This document shows positions 17,237 through 25,424 of a stretch of DNA of 64,000 nucleotides, in pieces. A model generated the notes under the pieces. That model was given only the letters and a program-made list of their open reading frames with translations, was not told the DNA's origin and searched no databases. Source of the stretch: a virus (taxonomy: Duplodnaviria; Caudoviricetes). Where the stretch lies: positions 1 to 64,000 of IMG/VR virus record IMGVR_UViG_3300027820_000029, one strand, 5' to 3'. Within the stretch, counting starts at the first letter, position 1; the number at the start of each line of letters is the position of its first letter. Position numbers and translations under genes: made by a program.

Positions 17237-17598
17237 TCTTTTCCTTTTAATTTATTAATTTCATTTTGTAGGTTTTTAACTACATTAATTAATGTTAAAA
17301 TTTCTAATTTATTTGCTTTTTGAACTGTTTCTAATTCTCCTTCCGGTAATTTACTCTCCTTTTCTAATGTCTGTACTAGCTGTACTTTAGTTTGTGGTTT
17401 ATCTTTCGTTACTTTAGAAACTCTAAGATTAGGTATATAAATCTTCATCTTAACAAGTTTCATTGTGATACTATTTTTAGGTTTATCTAAATGTTCGCAC
17501 ATTACTTTAATAGCATCAGCACGTTCTTCAGGTGTTTGACATGCACTATAAATAGAATGCATGTATTTTTCGTCTTCTTCAGTATATTTTGGTTGCAT
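17233..17598 (-). CDS. A2/D3-like DNA-binding protein paralogue
   Basis: KYTEED...Y...IKVMCEHLDKPKNSITMKLVKMKIY...TKVQLVQTLE; same layout as T5 A2. Confidence 0.6.
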   Translation of the reverse strand: MQPKYTEEDEKYMHSIYSACQTPEERADAIKVMCEHLDKPKNSITMKLVKMKIYIPNLRVSKVTKDKPQTKVQLVQTLEKESKLPEGELETVQKANKLEILTLINVVKNLQNEINKLKGKE

Positions 17599-17675
17599 TA
17601 AAAATTTACTCCTCGCATGATTTTACTTCGTAAAATCAAGCTTATATTTTTCATATTTTTTTAATTTGAAAATAT

Positions 17676-17704
17676 ATTATACAGAATTTAAGTTCATTTG
17701 TCAA
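17676..17704 (-). promoter_or_regulatory. sigma70-type promoter
   Basis: TTGACA-N17-TATAAT. Confidence 0.88.
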
Positions 17705-17730
17705 GAAGTATTTTTTATTTGTTAAAAAAA

Positions 17731-17753
17731 GACCCCCCCTAGGGAGGGGGCGT
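17731..17753 (-). terminator. intrinsic terminator after 17762..18118
   Basis: GC-rich CCCC(C)/GGGG(G) hairpin followed by T-run on minus strand. Confidence 0.7.
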
Positions 17754-17761
17754 TTCTTAGT

Positions 17762-18118
17762 TTATTCTTTAACTCCCATTTCAGCATTTACACTTTGGGA
17801 CATTCTGACAATAGCTTCCCAATGTGCAGTCAAGTCTCGCAGAGAGGCATTTTTATAAGAAGGTAGTTCAACACCATATACATTTTCCATGGCGGTAATA
17901 ACATCTTCTTTGTTAACCTTGTTAACAGTAGCAGAAGGTTTAGCTTTAGGTACATAAACCTTTTCTGCTACAAGTTTACCACGTACTTGAGGTACTGTAA
18001 CTTCAAACTCCTTGGCTAGTGCTTTAACTACTGCACTGCGTGTAGCATAGTCAGCTTCCTTAGAAGCATTATAGGTATCTAGCATGTGGCTAGTTTGCTG
18101 TGTTGTAAAATTACTCAT
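17762..18118 (-). CDS. A2-like DNA-binding protein
   Basis: NFTTQQT...Y...VVKALAKEFEVTVPQVRGKLVAEKVYVPK resembles T5 A2; own promoter and terminator. Confidence 0.7.
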   Translation of the reverse strand: MSNFTTQQTSHMLDTYNASKEADYATRSAVVKALAKEFEVTVPQVRGKLVAEKVYVPKAKPSATVNKVNKEDVITAMENVYGVELPSYKNASLRDLTAHWEAIVRMSQSVNAEMGVKE

Positions 18119-18182
18119 TTTTTCTTTCTCCTGGTTAATTAATTTAATTTAAAAATTGAACTTTTTCTCATTCAATAAATAT

Positions 18183-18211
18183 ATTATACTTTGTTTTAGC
18201 AGAGGAGTCAA
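18183..18211 (-). promoter_or_regulatory. sigma70-type promoter
   Basis: TTGACT-N17-TATAAT. Confidence 0.85.
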
Positions 18212-18239
18212 GAGTTATATTTTGATTGCTTAAGGTATC

Positions 18240-18402
18240 ATTATTTATGTTTCATCATTATTGTTAGCTTCATCACTGTTTGCTTCATCACTGTGTTAGC
18301 TGTATCACTTGTACCACGCTGTATCACGCTTTATCGTTGTATCACGCTGTATCACGCTTCATCGTTGTATCATGCTGTATCACGCTTCATCGCTGTATCA
18401 CT
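18240..18402. repeat. array of 9-10-bp direct repeats (GCTGTATCAC / GCTTCATCG)
   Basis: about 7 TGTATCA copies interleaved with GCTTCATC; outliers near 18736 and 18865. Confidence 0.85.
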
Positions 18403-18921
18403 TTCAAACTTTTATTCTCCCGCAGCACCGCTTGCGGGCCCGCTCCCACGTTTTATTTTGCAGCCGGCGCCCGTACAGTGATGGTCGGTGCACAGCATTT
18501 GGTTTCTATAAATTTGTGGGAATTTCTTAGTAATAAGGTAAGTTTCTTAAGATTGCTTAATTTTTGTTATTTTTTTTCGATATTTCTTAAAATTTCTTTG
18601 TTTTAATCAATTTCACGTTATAAATTTCGTTTTCTCAAGGTATCCTAACATATATCCTTAATGCAATTCAGAAAAATCTAGATAACGCTTCAGAATTTAA
18701 CTTACATTATTCTGGACTCCTTTAATACTAACAGTCACTGTATCACTGGAGTCGGGAAGTTATTTCTAGCCGAGCTGGAAAAAATTTTTTAGAAATTTTT
18801 GAAATTAGCGCGCGCAAAATCGTGCAGATGTTATTTTGGTACTCTTAAAAATTCGGGGAAATTACTTCATCGCTGTATCACTGTCTCCCTGGGTTGGGCT
18901 TAGGGAAAAATAAAAAAGTAC

Positions 18922-18951
18922 TTGACAAACCCTAGCCCGCTGTGATAAAAT
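18922..18951 (+). promoter_or_regulatory. rightward sigma70-like promoter followed by GGCGCC
   Basis: TTGACA-N18-TAAAAT. Confidence 0.6.
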
Positions 18952-19013
18952 GGCGCCCACGGAAGATACGAAAAAATATCGTTTTTGTACTCGCGCGGGC
19001 GCAGCAAAATTAT

Positions 19014-19595
19014 TTATAAATCAAGCATCTCTTCTTCTTCAGGGAATTCTAATTCTAACATTTGGTTATAATTTCCTAAGTATGAACCATCTGCCATATA
19101 AAACGCAGAAACAGTATCATCAACAAAACATGGTTGATTTTCTTTATTAAATACTTCATATCCAAAGCGAGACATGTTATTCATGTTTATAGCTTCTTCT
19201 AGCTTTTTATCATATTCAGATTTTTCAATTATTTCAACTTCATTAATTTTATCATCTTTATCAATTATTTCAACTTCATTAATTTTATCATCTTTATCAA
19301 TTATTTCAACTTCATTAATTTTATCAATTATTTCAACTTTTTCAATTTTTTCAATTTTTTCAATTTTTTCAATTTTTTCAATTTTATCAAATTCTTTTAA
19401 AAATTTATCAATTTTTTCATCTACATTTAAAGGAATTCTATTTTTTCGATTTATTCCAAATTTCCCCGAATACCTCTGTGTTATTGCAGAAACTGACCTA
19501 TGTGGTAAAAATTTTTCCTGTATTTCTTGGTCTGTCATATTTGTACTTTTATGAATTTTTTTAAGTAATTCATCTTCTTTATTTTGCCAATGCAT
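19014..19595 (-). CDS. Myb-like HTH protein with tandem-repeat linker (KIE)n and (VEIIDKDDKINE)n
   Basis: HWQNKEDELL...HRSVSAITQR; 9-bp and 36-bp tandem repeats at about 19225-19385; promoter at 19665-19693. Confidence 0.7.
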   Translation of the reverse strand: MHWQNKEDELLKKIHKSTNMTDQEIQEKFLPHRSVSAITQRYSGKFGINRKNRIPLNVDEKIDKFLKEFDKIEKIEKIEKIEKIEKVEIIDKINEVEIIDKDDKINEVEIIDKDDKINEVEIIEKSEYDKKLEEAINMNNMSRFGYEVFNKENQPCFVDDTVSAFYMADGSYLGNYNQMLELEFPEEEEMLDL

Positions 19596-19664
19596 TTTAA
19601 CTCCTTTATATATCTAAATTATTTTAACTATTTTAAATAAATGAATTATTTCATTTATTTTAAT

Positions 19665-19693
19665 ATTATACCAAATTTTAAAATATTTGTCAA
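19665..19693 (-). promoter_or_regulatory. sigma70-type promoter
   Basis: TTGACA-N17-TATAAT. Confidence 0.88.
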
Positions 19694-20228
19694 GCAACTT
19701 TTTTTATGGATTAATTTAGTACTTAGATTTAGTACATTACTTTAGTACTTAGATTTAGTACTTTATTAATATGTAAAAATCGAATCGGTACTCTACTCAG
19801 CCAGCCAAAGGCGCAAGCGCCTATTAGAATATGTTTATATTCTAATATAATAATATTAGCAAATTCTAATATAAGTTCAGCTTATACCCCCATAAAAAAA
19901 TTTTGTGCAAAAAAGACTTGACCGCCGGTGATTGGCCATGTTATACTGGTAGTAGCGTGCTCGCGCGAGCGGCGCCTATAAGAATTTTTTATGCCATTAT
20001 AAAAAACTTTTGCTTGACAAGGCATCCAGCCTAGTGTACCATGGTATTGTGGGAGACTCGGGTCCTAGGGACGGCGCAATACCGTCAATAAATTGACGGT
20101 ATTCTGGGGCAGCAGTATATTAGAATATTCTAATATACTGCTATTCGAATGCAAAAAAAGGCCCCGCCAATTTTTTGGCGGAGCCTGGTTAAAAAGTGGC
20201 GGGGAAATTCTCCCCGCCGGATTAGCGA

Positions 20229-20645
20229 TTAACTGCTAAGATAGTTTGATACATCGTTATAGCGAGCCGCCATTGTATTGACGCTTTCGACATACACGAT
20301 CAAAGCCGTTAAATCGGTCTTGTTGAGCTTCTCAGCGGAAACAAGGTTTAAACCTACCATCTCAACAAATTGCGCGGCCAAAACATCCTTTTTTGCTGGA
20401 GCAGCGCCGGTAACACTTGAAACCTTTTCTTTCGGCCGATAGAGCTTCTCAAGCTCTCCAGTTGCGTTTTCAAAGGTCATAGGAGCAAGTTTAGCGATAA
20501 CACCCTTCCAGGATTTTCCGAGATCCGCCGCAATCTGGCGAACAACAGAATCGCGCATTTCCTGATCTTCATCCCGTACCGCAGTATAGCGGTCACGAAT
20601 TTCCGAAATCATAGTTTCGGTATAGTTCGGGGTTTTTGTAGCCAT
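20229..20645 (-). CDS. A2-like DNA-binding protein (pre-early type)
   Basis: NYTETM...Y...VVRQIAADLGKSWKGVIAKL...KKDVLAAQF...SAEKLNKTDL; own promoter 20700-20728 and terminators at 20164-20218. Confidence 0.7.
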   Translation of the reverse strand: MATKTPNYTETMISEIRDRYTAVRDEDQEMRDSVVRQIAADLGKSWKGVIAKLAPMTFENATGELEKLYRPKEKVSSVTGAAPAKKDVLAAQFVEMVGLNLVSAEKLNKTDLTALIVYVESVNTMAARYNDVSNYLSS

Positions 20646-20699
20646 AGTGCATTTTCTCCGGTAAATTCAGGTCGGGACCATTCCCGACCTGATGTAAAC

Positions 20700-20728
20700 A
20701 TTATATAGAAGTGTTAACCTGGTGTCAA
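20700..20728 (-). promoter_or_regulatory. sigma70-type promoter
   Basis: TTGACA-N17-TATAAT. Confidence 0.88.
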
Positions 20729-20742
20729 CACTTTATTTCACT

Positions 20743-21468
20743 TTATTTTGCAATAAAGTGATTTTTCACTTGCATTTGTCTCCAGTCTGGTTTTTTCAGA
20801 TCCACTAAATTTTTCAAAGCCCGACGTTTTGTAATGGCTCTCAAAATCGGTAACTCATAGTCTATAATATCCTCCAGAGCTGTATGTGGTTCGTTTGGCA
20901 AATCTGGGTTACCTAGCAAAAAACGTGCCATAATTTCAGCGTTAGCTTTATAAGACATATTGCCGAATTTTGTAGGATTATTAAAACCATGCACATCCAA
21001 AACAAATTCCCGATACTTTTTAGATTGCGCCCAAATATCCGCAGCTGCGGCCCATAGACAAAATCGTTTTGAAAAACCCGTTAAATCAATTCCGGTTTTT
21101 TCACACTTGTCAACATCGAAAGGCAAGTTATACGCAGTCAAAAATGGGTCATAGTTTACTTTAACCCTATCTAACCAACGATTAATAGCCGATGCACTGG
21201 CTAACATACGCGAGCCACCTTCTAACATACGGGAATAAACATCATACCGTTTTGACAAGCTGTCCCGATTCCAGATTGAGTCTACTGGAGCAGAGTTATC
21301 ATAGAATAGTGGATGCGATTCCCGATTATTATAAACCCCGGCAACTAATACCGCACATTGTGCCGTTGTATTACCTTTACGATCAACCACCACAGCAGCA
21401 AAATCTGCTACTTTATCCGTCCGAGTTGTTTCTGTGTCAATAATACAAATAAACTGCTTTTTAGCCAT
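20743..21468 (-). CDS. DEDDh-family 3'-5' exonuclease
   Basis: IIDTETT (ExoI), AYNLPFD (ExoII), HTALEDI (ExoIII). Confidence 0.85.
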   Translation of the reverse strand: MAKKQFICIIDTETTRTDKVADFAAVVVDRKGNTTAQCAVLVAGVYNNRESHPLFYDNSAPVDSIWNRDSLSKRYDVYSRMLEGGSRMLASASAINRWLDRVKVNYDPFLTAYNLPFDVDKCEKTGIDLTGFSKRFCLWAAAADIWAQSKKYREFVLDVHGFNNPTKFGNMSYKANAEIMARFLLGNPDLPNEPHTALEDIIDYELPILRAITKRRALKNLVDLKKPDWRQMQVKNHFIAK

Positions 21469-21471
21469 AAT

Positions 21472-21954
21472 TTAATATCCTTGTTTTGACGGGGTGTATA
21501 CCCCGACCGCAGAGAGATTATCGCACACCTTGCCTAGATAGTCAAGGTTATCCTCAAAAAAAGTTATAGGTAAATCTCGAAACTGTTTAAGCTGTCGAAA
21601 CATTGACAACCATTTAACCTTGAGTAACGCGCCGCTGGTATTTTGACCTTTTAGCCTACCGAAAATTTTATCTGGTATACCAAGGTGTTTAGCGATAAAA
21701 TCCAGGTCTGGTTTTTTTAAAACCCGCGCAGTAGCGATAACCACATAAATTTCAGGGTTGTCAATATCTTGACGGTATTTTTTTGCCAGTGGCAAAAGCG
21801 AATCCCTAGCGATTTTTTCTGGCGTGCTGTTTTTTCGCCAATACGCCAGGTCAATTTTCGTGCCACATGGCAAAGTTTTGTAACGATGTAGGCTACAAAT
21901 TATCGTACCATCCAAATCATATACGTTAATTTTTTTAAGCATTCCAAACTCCAA
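21472..21954 (-). CDS. HAD-superfamily phosphatase (PNKP 3'-phosphatase-like)
   Basis: YDLDGT motif I, ATAR motif II, K, FFEDN motif IV. Confidence 0.85.
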   Translation of the reverse strand: MEFGMLKKINVYDLDGTIICSLHRYKTLPCGTKIDLAYWRKNSTPEKIARDSLLPLAKKYRQDIDNPEIYVVIATARVLKKPDLDFIAKHLGIPDKIFGRLKGQNTSGALLKVKWLSMFRQLKQFRDLPITFFEDNLDYLGKVCDNLSAVGVYTPSKQGY

Positions 21955-22147
21955 AACTGTTTGCTATCAGAAAGTAAGATTGTAACAGAAACAAGCTGTG
22001 TTGTCTAGTCTTTTTGAACAATATTAACAAAAAAAGACAACTAATTATTCCTACAATAAATCCGCCAAAATAATGGCGACTAGAAAGTAGGCCAAAACCC
22101 ACAGCGGCAAAAAACGTGCCAACATATTCAAAATATTTTTCATTCAT
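21935..22147 (-). CDS. small membrane protein, weakly PnuC-like
   Basis: 3 hydrophobic segments; likely ATG at 22147 with GAGG RBS (track start 22231 overlaps a promoter). Confidence 0.55.
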   Translation of the reverse strand: MNEKYFEYVGTFFAAVGFGLLSSRHYFGGFIVGIISCLFLLILFKKTRQHSLFLLQSYFLIANSFGVWNA

Positions 22148-22219
22148 AATCTGTGCCTCAATTCCAGAAACAGAATTATCGCATATCGCAATATCTTTGT
22201 ATATACCCCATTTGGGGTA

Positions 22220-22402
22220 TTGACAACCCACAGGCGGCTGTGGTATAATGGCGCCTCCGTCAAAAATCTGGCACCATGCAAAATCTGTGCCAATTTATTT
22301 TGTCAATATCCACAAATAGGTATTGACACCAGGCAGCGGCTCCTGTATAATGAAAGTAGCGGATTCCCGCGGCGGCGCAAAAAAGCGTCAAGAAATTGAC
22401 GC
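22220..22402 (+). promoter_or_regulatory. two rightward sigma70 promoters with GGCGC boxes, palindromes and a sigma54-type box
   Basis: TTGACA-N18-TATAAT (22220), TTGACA-N17-TATAAT (22323); TGGCAC-N5-TTGCA on minus strand at 22276-22293. Confidence 0.7.
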
Positions 22403-22457
22403 TTATGTTACAAAATCTAGGGAGATAAATATATCTCCCTAGGAAAAGCAACAAATT

Positions 22458-22667
22458 TTATGCAAATTTAATGAAGCCCTTAAAATCTACCGCTAATTCG
22501 TATGGAGCATAATAAAATACTTCAGACACAAAATCATTTATATCTTCAAATTCGATCTCGAATGTTTCATCAATATCTTTATTTTCAGATTCAGAATTTT
22601 TCGATACCCAACATTTTCCATTTGAAATTGGGGTGTCATGTTTAATATGTAAGTATAATTCTTTCAT
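22458..22667 (-). CDS. acidic hypothetical protein
   Basis: ORF track; ATGA coupling. Confidence 0.6.
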   Translation of the reverse strand: MKELYLHIKHDTPISNGKCWVSKNSESENKDIDETFEIEFEDINDFVSEVFYYAPYELAVDFKGFIKFA

Positions 22668-22969
22668 TCATAAAACTCCTGATATGCTAGTCTACACCAG
22701 CGTTTAAAAATTTTTCCGTGGTTCCAGGCTTTACCATTTTCAGCTTGCCATACATGAATCATTTCATGCACCAGGGTATTGAATTTTTCCTGTTTTGATA
22801 GTGTTTCGGATATTCCTATAACCAATCCGCCGAGTTGCGTAGTTGTAAAACCATCTATTAAATAAGTGACATCAAATTGTTTTTTGCTACCATCAAATTT
22901 TATGATGTCAACACTAGGCAACTCGCTACCAAAAAGACGGTCATTCACTTTGTTGTATAGCGAGCGCAT
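22664..22969 (-). CDS. SprT-like zinc metalloprotease
   Basis: TLVHEMIHVWQ...HGKIFKRWC; AGGAGG RBS. Confidence 0.8.
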   Translation of the reverse strand: MRSLYNKVNDRLFGSELPSVDIIKFDGSKKQFDVTYLIDGFTTTQLGGLVIGISETLSKQEKFNTLVHEMIHVWQAENGKAWNHGKIFKRWCRLAYQEFYE

Positions 22970-22980
22970 AGTTCCTCCTT

Positions 22981-23262
22981 TTAGATAAAACCGTTTAGTG
23001 GGCCATAAACGAAGGTGGTGGGAATTGCCCGCGTTATTTCATTTTGCCAGTAAGTGAAGTAGTTCACCTTGCCGGATTTGTTTATCCACCGAAACTGAAT
23101 TTCATCAGCTCCAAGGTCATGCTTGAGGGATTCCAAATTTCGCTTACTGCAATAACAACCGCGCAGAATGTAAAAATCAATGCCAGAATTCCAATCAGAA
23201 AGAACATCTCTTTTCGTTTCATATTTTGCTCCATAAGCGGGTACCAAAGTGATTAAAGACAT
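22981..23262 (-). CDS. conserved phage early hypothetical protein (MSLITLVPAYG..Y...DV..DW..G.DF)
   Basis: ATG at 23262 with AGGAG RBS; upstream part of track ORF is repeat sequence. Confidence 0.7.
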   Translation of the reverse strand: MSLITLVPAYGAKYETKRDVLSDWNSGIDFYILRGCYCSKRNLESLKHDLGADEIQFRWINKSGKVNYFTYWQNEITRAIPTTFVYGPLNGFI

Positions 23263-23265
23263 TGT

Positions 23266-23587
23266 GCAATCTCCTGTAACTGAGAGGCTAGTATATACTA
23301 GCCTCTCAGTGATGTCAACTAATATTTTCCATTGCATCTTCAACGAAATATTTAGCTTCCCGTAGTCCACAATCGAATTCCCAACGAATAAGTTTAATTG
23401 CCTTAATTTTATCAAGTTTTCCGAGTTTAGCAGCAAAACTGTAAAATAATTCAACATATTCTGGTGAACGATCTGTATCGAAACTTACATCATTCGGCAG
23501 ATTTACCGTAGTTTTCAAATTTATATACATAACAATCTCCTGTAAGTGAGAGGCTAGTATATACTAGCCTCTCCTAGATGTCAATTA
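23266..23587. repeat. two ~55-bp leader repeats containing the perfect palindrome GAGAGGCTAGTATATACTAGCCTCTC
   Basis: about 23266-23322 and 23532-23587; each includes the RBS of the next gene. Confidence 0.88.
23315..23530 (-). CDS. ribosomal protein bL12 (L7/L12) C-terminal-domain-like protein
   Basis: KIKAIKLIRWEFDCGLREAKYFVE matches the KI.VIK.VR..T.LGLKEAK.LVE pattern. Confidence 0.65.
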   Translation of the reverse strand: MYINLKTTVNLPNDVSFDTDRSPEYVELFYSFAAKLGKLDKIKAIKLIRWEFDCGLREAKYFVEDAMENIS

Positions 23588-23794
23588 AAAGTTTTCAGGA
23601 TTTACCCGGCGGAGCCAGGTAGCAACGGTTTCAGGATAGATCGCTGTTGCCAGCGATTCAAGTGCTGTAGCATCTTTAAACTCGCTGCGCTTGAAAGTAA
23701 AGTAGCTTTTTAGCGCCTTATTTCGACGAGTGTTATTTTCCGCCAGGTTGCGATCTTTACGGGTGGATTTTTTGGTACAGGTCTTTTTGCTCAT
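23585..23794 (-). CDS. basic hypothetical protein
   Basis: ORF track; GGAGAG RBS; promoter TTGACA-N17-TATACT at 23847-23875. Confidence 0.7.
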   Translation of the reverse strand: MSKKTCTKKSTRKDRNLAENNTRRNKALKSYFTFKRSEFKDATALESLATAIYPETVATWLRRVNPENF

Positions 23795-23871
23795 AATTTA
23801 CTCTCCGCCGAATTTGTGTGCCAGATAAAATATCGCCACTGAGATAAGTATAGTCAAAATTTCATTCATTG

Positions 23872-23958
23872 TCAAGGCCCTTTGTAAAGTATTTTAAAAA
23901 CAAGCCAACCTACCGGCAAACTTGCGAGTGCAATAAATAAACCAGCTAAAATTTCCAT
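23872..23958 (-). CDS. 28-aa single-TM peptide MEILAGLFIALASLPVGWLVFKILYKGP
   Basis: GGAGA RBS, directly after promoter 23985-24013 (not in ORF track). Confidence 0.65.
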   Translation of the reverse strand: MEILAGLFIALASLPVGWLVFKILYKGP

Positions 23959-23984
23959 TCTTTAGTTCTCCAAATCAAAGATAT

Positions 23985-24013
23985 ATTATAACAAAATTCG
24001 GATCGCTTGTCAA
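23985..24013 (-). promoter_or_regulatory. sigma70-type promoter
   Basis: TTGACA-N17-TATAAT. Confidence 0.88.
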
Positions 24014-24335
24014 CATCGGTTTTTAACATCGCTTTTTAACATCGGTTTATAACATCGGTTTATAACATGTCAATTTTTTGACACACCGTCAATTTTTTGA
24101 CACACCGTCAATATTTTGACACATGCAAGAATCATGCCAGCGTCAAAATATTGACACATGCAAAAATCGTGCCAACCTGGCACCGCCAATTTGTTGACGC
24201 CCGCGCTCCCCTCTAGGCCACCTCCCCATATGCTGAATTGAGGCCCATTGTAGCACGGATTACAGCCAGGCACAACCCCTTTTGGAAAATAAATATTGGC
24301 ACATTTCTTGCTAATGCAATTATCGTGCCAGGTCC
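24012..24335. repeat. regulatory hub: 4 x 13-bp AACATCG(G/C)TTT(T/A)T, 3 palindromes at 19-bp spacing, four sigma54-type boxes
   Basis: read directly from sequence. Confidence 0.85.
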
Positions 24336-24548
24336 GCCGGCGCTTTTCATAAAATGTTTTTATGGTGGTATAAAAAAATTTAGTGCATAAAGTTGTTGCT
24401 ATGTATACGCGGTTCCTGTATCATGAAAGTAGCGTGCCCTGCTCGGGCGCCGTCAACAAGTTGACGGTATAAGGAGCGTCAATTTCTTGACGCATTTTGG
24501 TGCAAGGGCGCCAAAAACCCCTTGAAAATCAAGGGGTTATGAAGCAGT

Positions 24549-24746
24549 CTACCAAGCTGAATATCCGGGTTCCGTGATGTAAATTTCGCGGCACAAGTCA
24601 TCAGTGTAGCCATGATCTGGCATGATTATTGCATCAGATGGAAGATCCATCTGCTCACGCACATAGTCGCAAGCTGCCGCCCAAGTGTCAAATTCTTGAC
24701 GGTAGGTTCCATCTTCTGCGTTCAGAACTGTAAGGTATTTCGACAT
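24549..24746 (-). CDS. hypothetical protein
   Basis: likely start MSKYLTV at 24746 with GAGG RBS; terminator hairpin at about 24515-24540. Confidence 0.65.
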   Translation of the reverse strand: MSKYLTVLNAEDGTYRQEFDTWAAACDYVREQMDLPSDAIIMPDHGYTDDLCREIYITEPGYSAW

Positions 24747-24806
24747 AGTTTTGTTGCCTCTTTGAAAGTTGCCACCGCCAGGAATTTGACGGTGGCTTAG
24801 TGTCAA

Positions 24807-25070
24807 CTAAATGGCGGTCCAGCTTGAGCGGTCGATCATAGACGGCATGTCGCGCGCTGGCACAAAATTAACATGACCGTCAAGAATACGGCAGAACCAG
24901 CCGTCCAAAAAACCTTTCTTTACCATGCTAATAACATGGGTTTTACGCGCCTGTTCAGAGCCCATGAAAAACTTAAAACTTTTGACTGGTAAGGTAGTCA
25001 AAATTTTGACGGTAGCCTTTCGTCCAGCAACGGTCTGTTGGTGGGTACATGTCGATTTGTATGTGTTCAT
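24807..25070 (-). CDS. hypothetical protein
   Basis: ORF track; GGAG RBS. Confidence 0.7.
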   Translation of the reverse strand: MNTYKSTCTHQQTVAGRKATVKILTTLPVKSFKFFMGSEQARKTHVISMVKKGFLDGWFCRILDGHVNFVPARDMPSMIDRSSWTAI

Positions 25071-25073
25071 ATA

Positions 25074-25193
25074 TTAGACTCCAAAAATTGAGCTGAGGAT
25101 AACGGCAATGGGAGCGCCTAGAAAAGCACTCAAGAAAATCACAAGAAACTTCCAATCACACTTGGCATGAAATTTGCTGTAGTCATAAACCAT
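25074..25193 (-). CDS. 39-aa single-TM peptide MVYDYSKFHAKCDWKFLVIFLSAFLGAPIAVILSSIFGV
   Basis: GAGGT RBS; follows promoter TTGACA-N17-TAACAT at 25245-25273 (not in ORF track). Confidence 0.65.
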   Translation of the reverse strand: MVYDYSKFHAKCDWKFLVIFLSAFLGAPIAVILSSIFGV

Positions 25194-25424
25194 GGTAATA
25201 CCTCTGGTAGGGCGGGTGGTGGTGGTTTTTTGTAACATGCGAGCATGTTAATCCTATTTTCTATTCTTGTCAAGCTTTAAACGCATTGAAATAAAAATAA
25301 ATTCTAGTTTCTTTTTATGTGCCCATAAAAAACTTTTGGGGCATATTTTGTGTCAATATCTCTAATGGGGTATTGACAAGTAAGGGATAGCTGTGGTAAA
25401 ATTGGCGCCGCCAAATTTTTGACG

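Noticed and set aside
18280-18606. Three overlapping plus-strand ORFs (18280, 18293, 18309)
   Set aside because: Products of the repeat array being stop-free in all frames; no RBS, low-complexity translations.
24012-24120. CRISPR array
   Set aside because: Units are 13 and 19 bp with no unique spacers, and no cas genes are present.
24070-24273. Minus-strand ORF 24070..24273 and ORFs 25304..25789, 25419..25619, 25583..25798
   Set aside because: They run through palindrome and repeat arrays, lack RBSs and translate repeat sequence.
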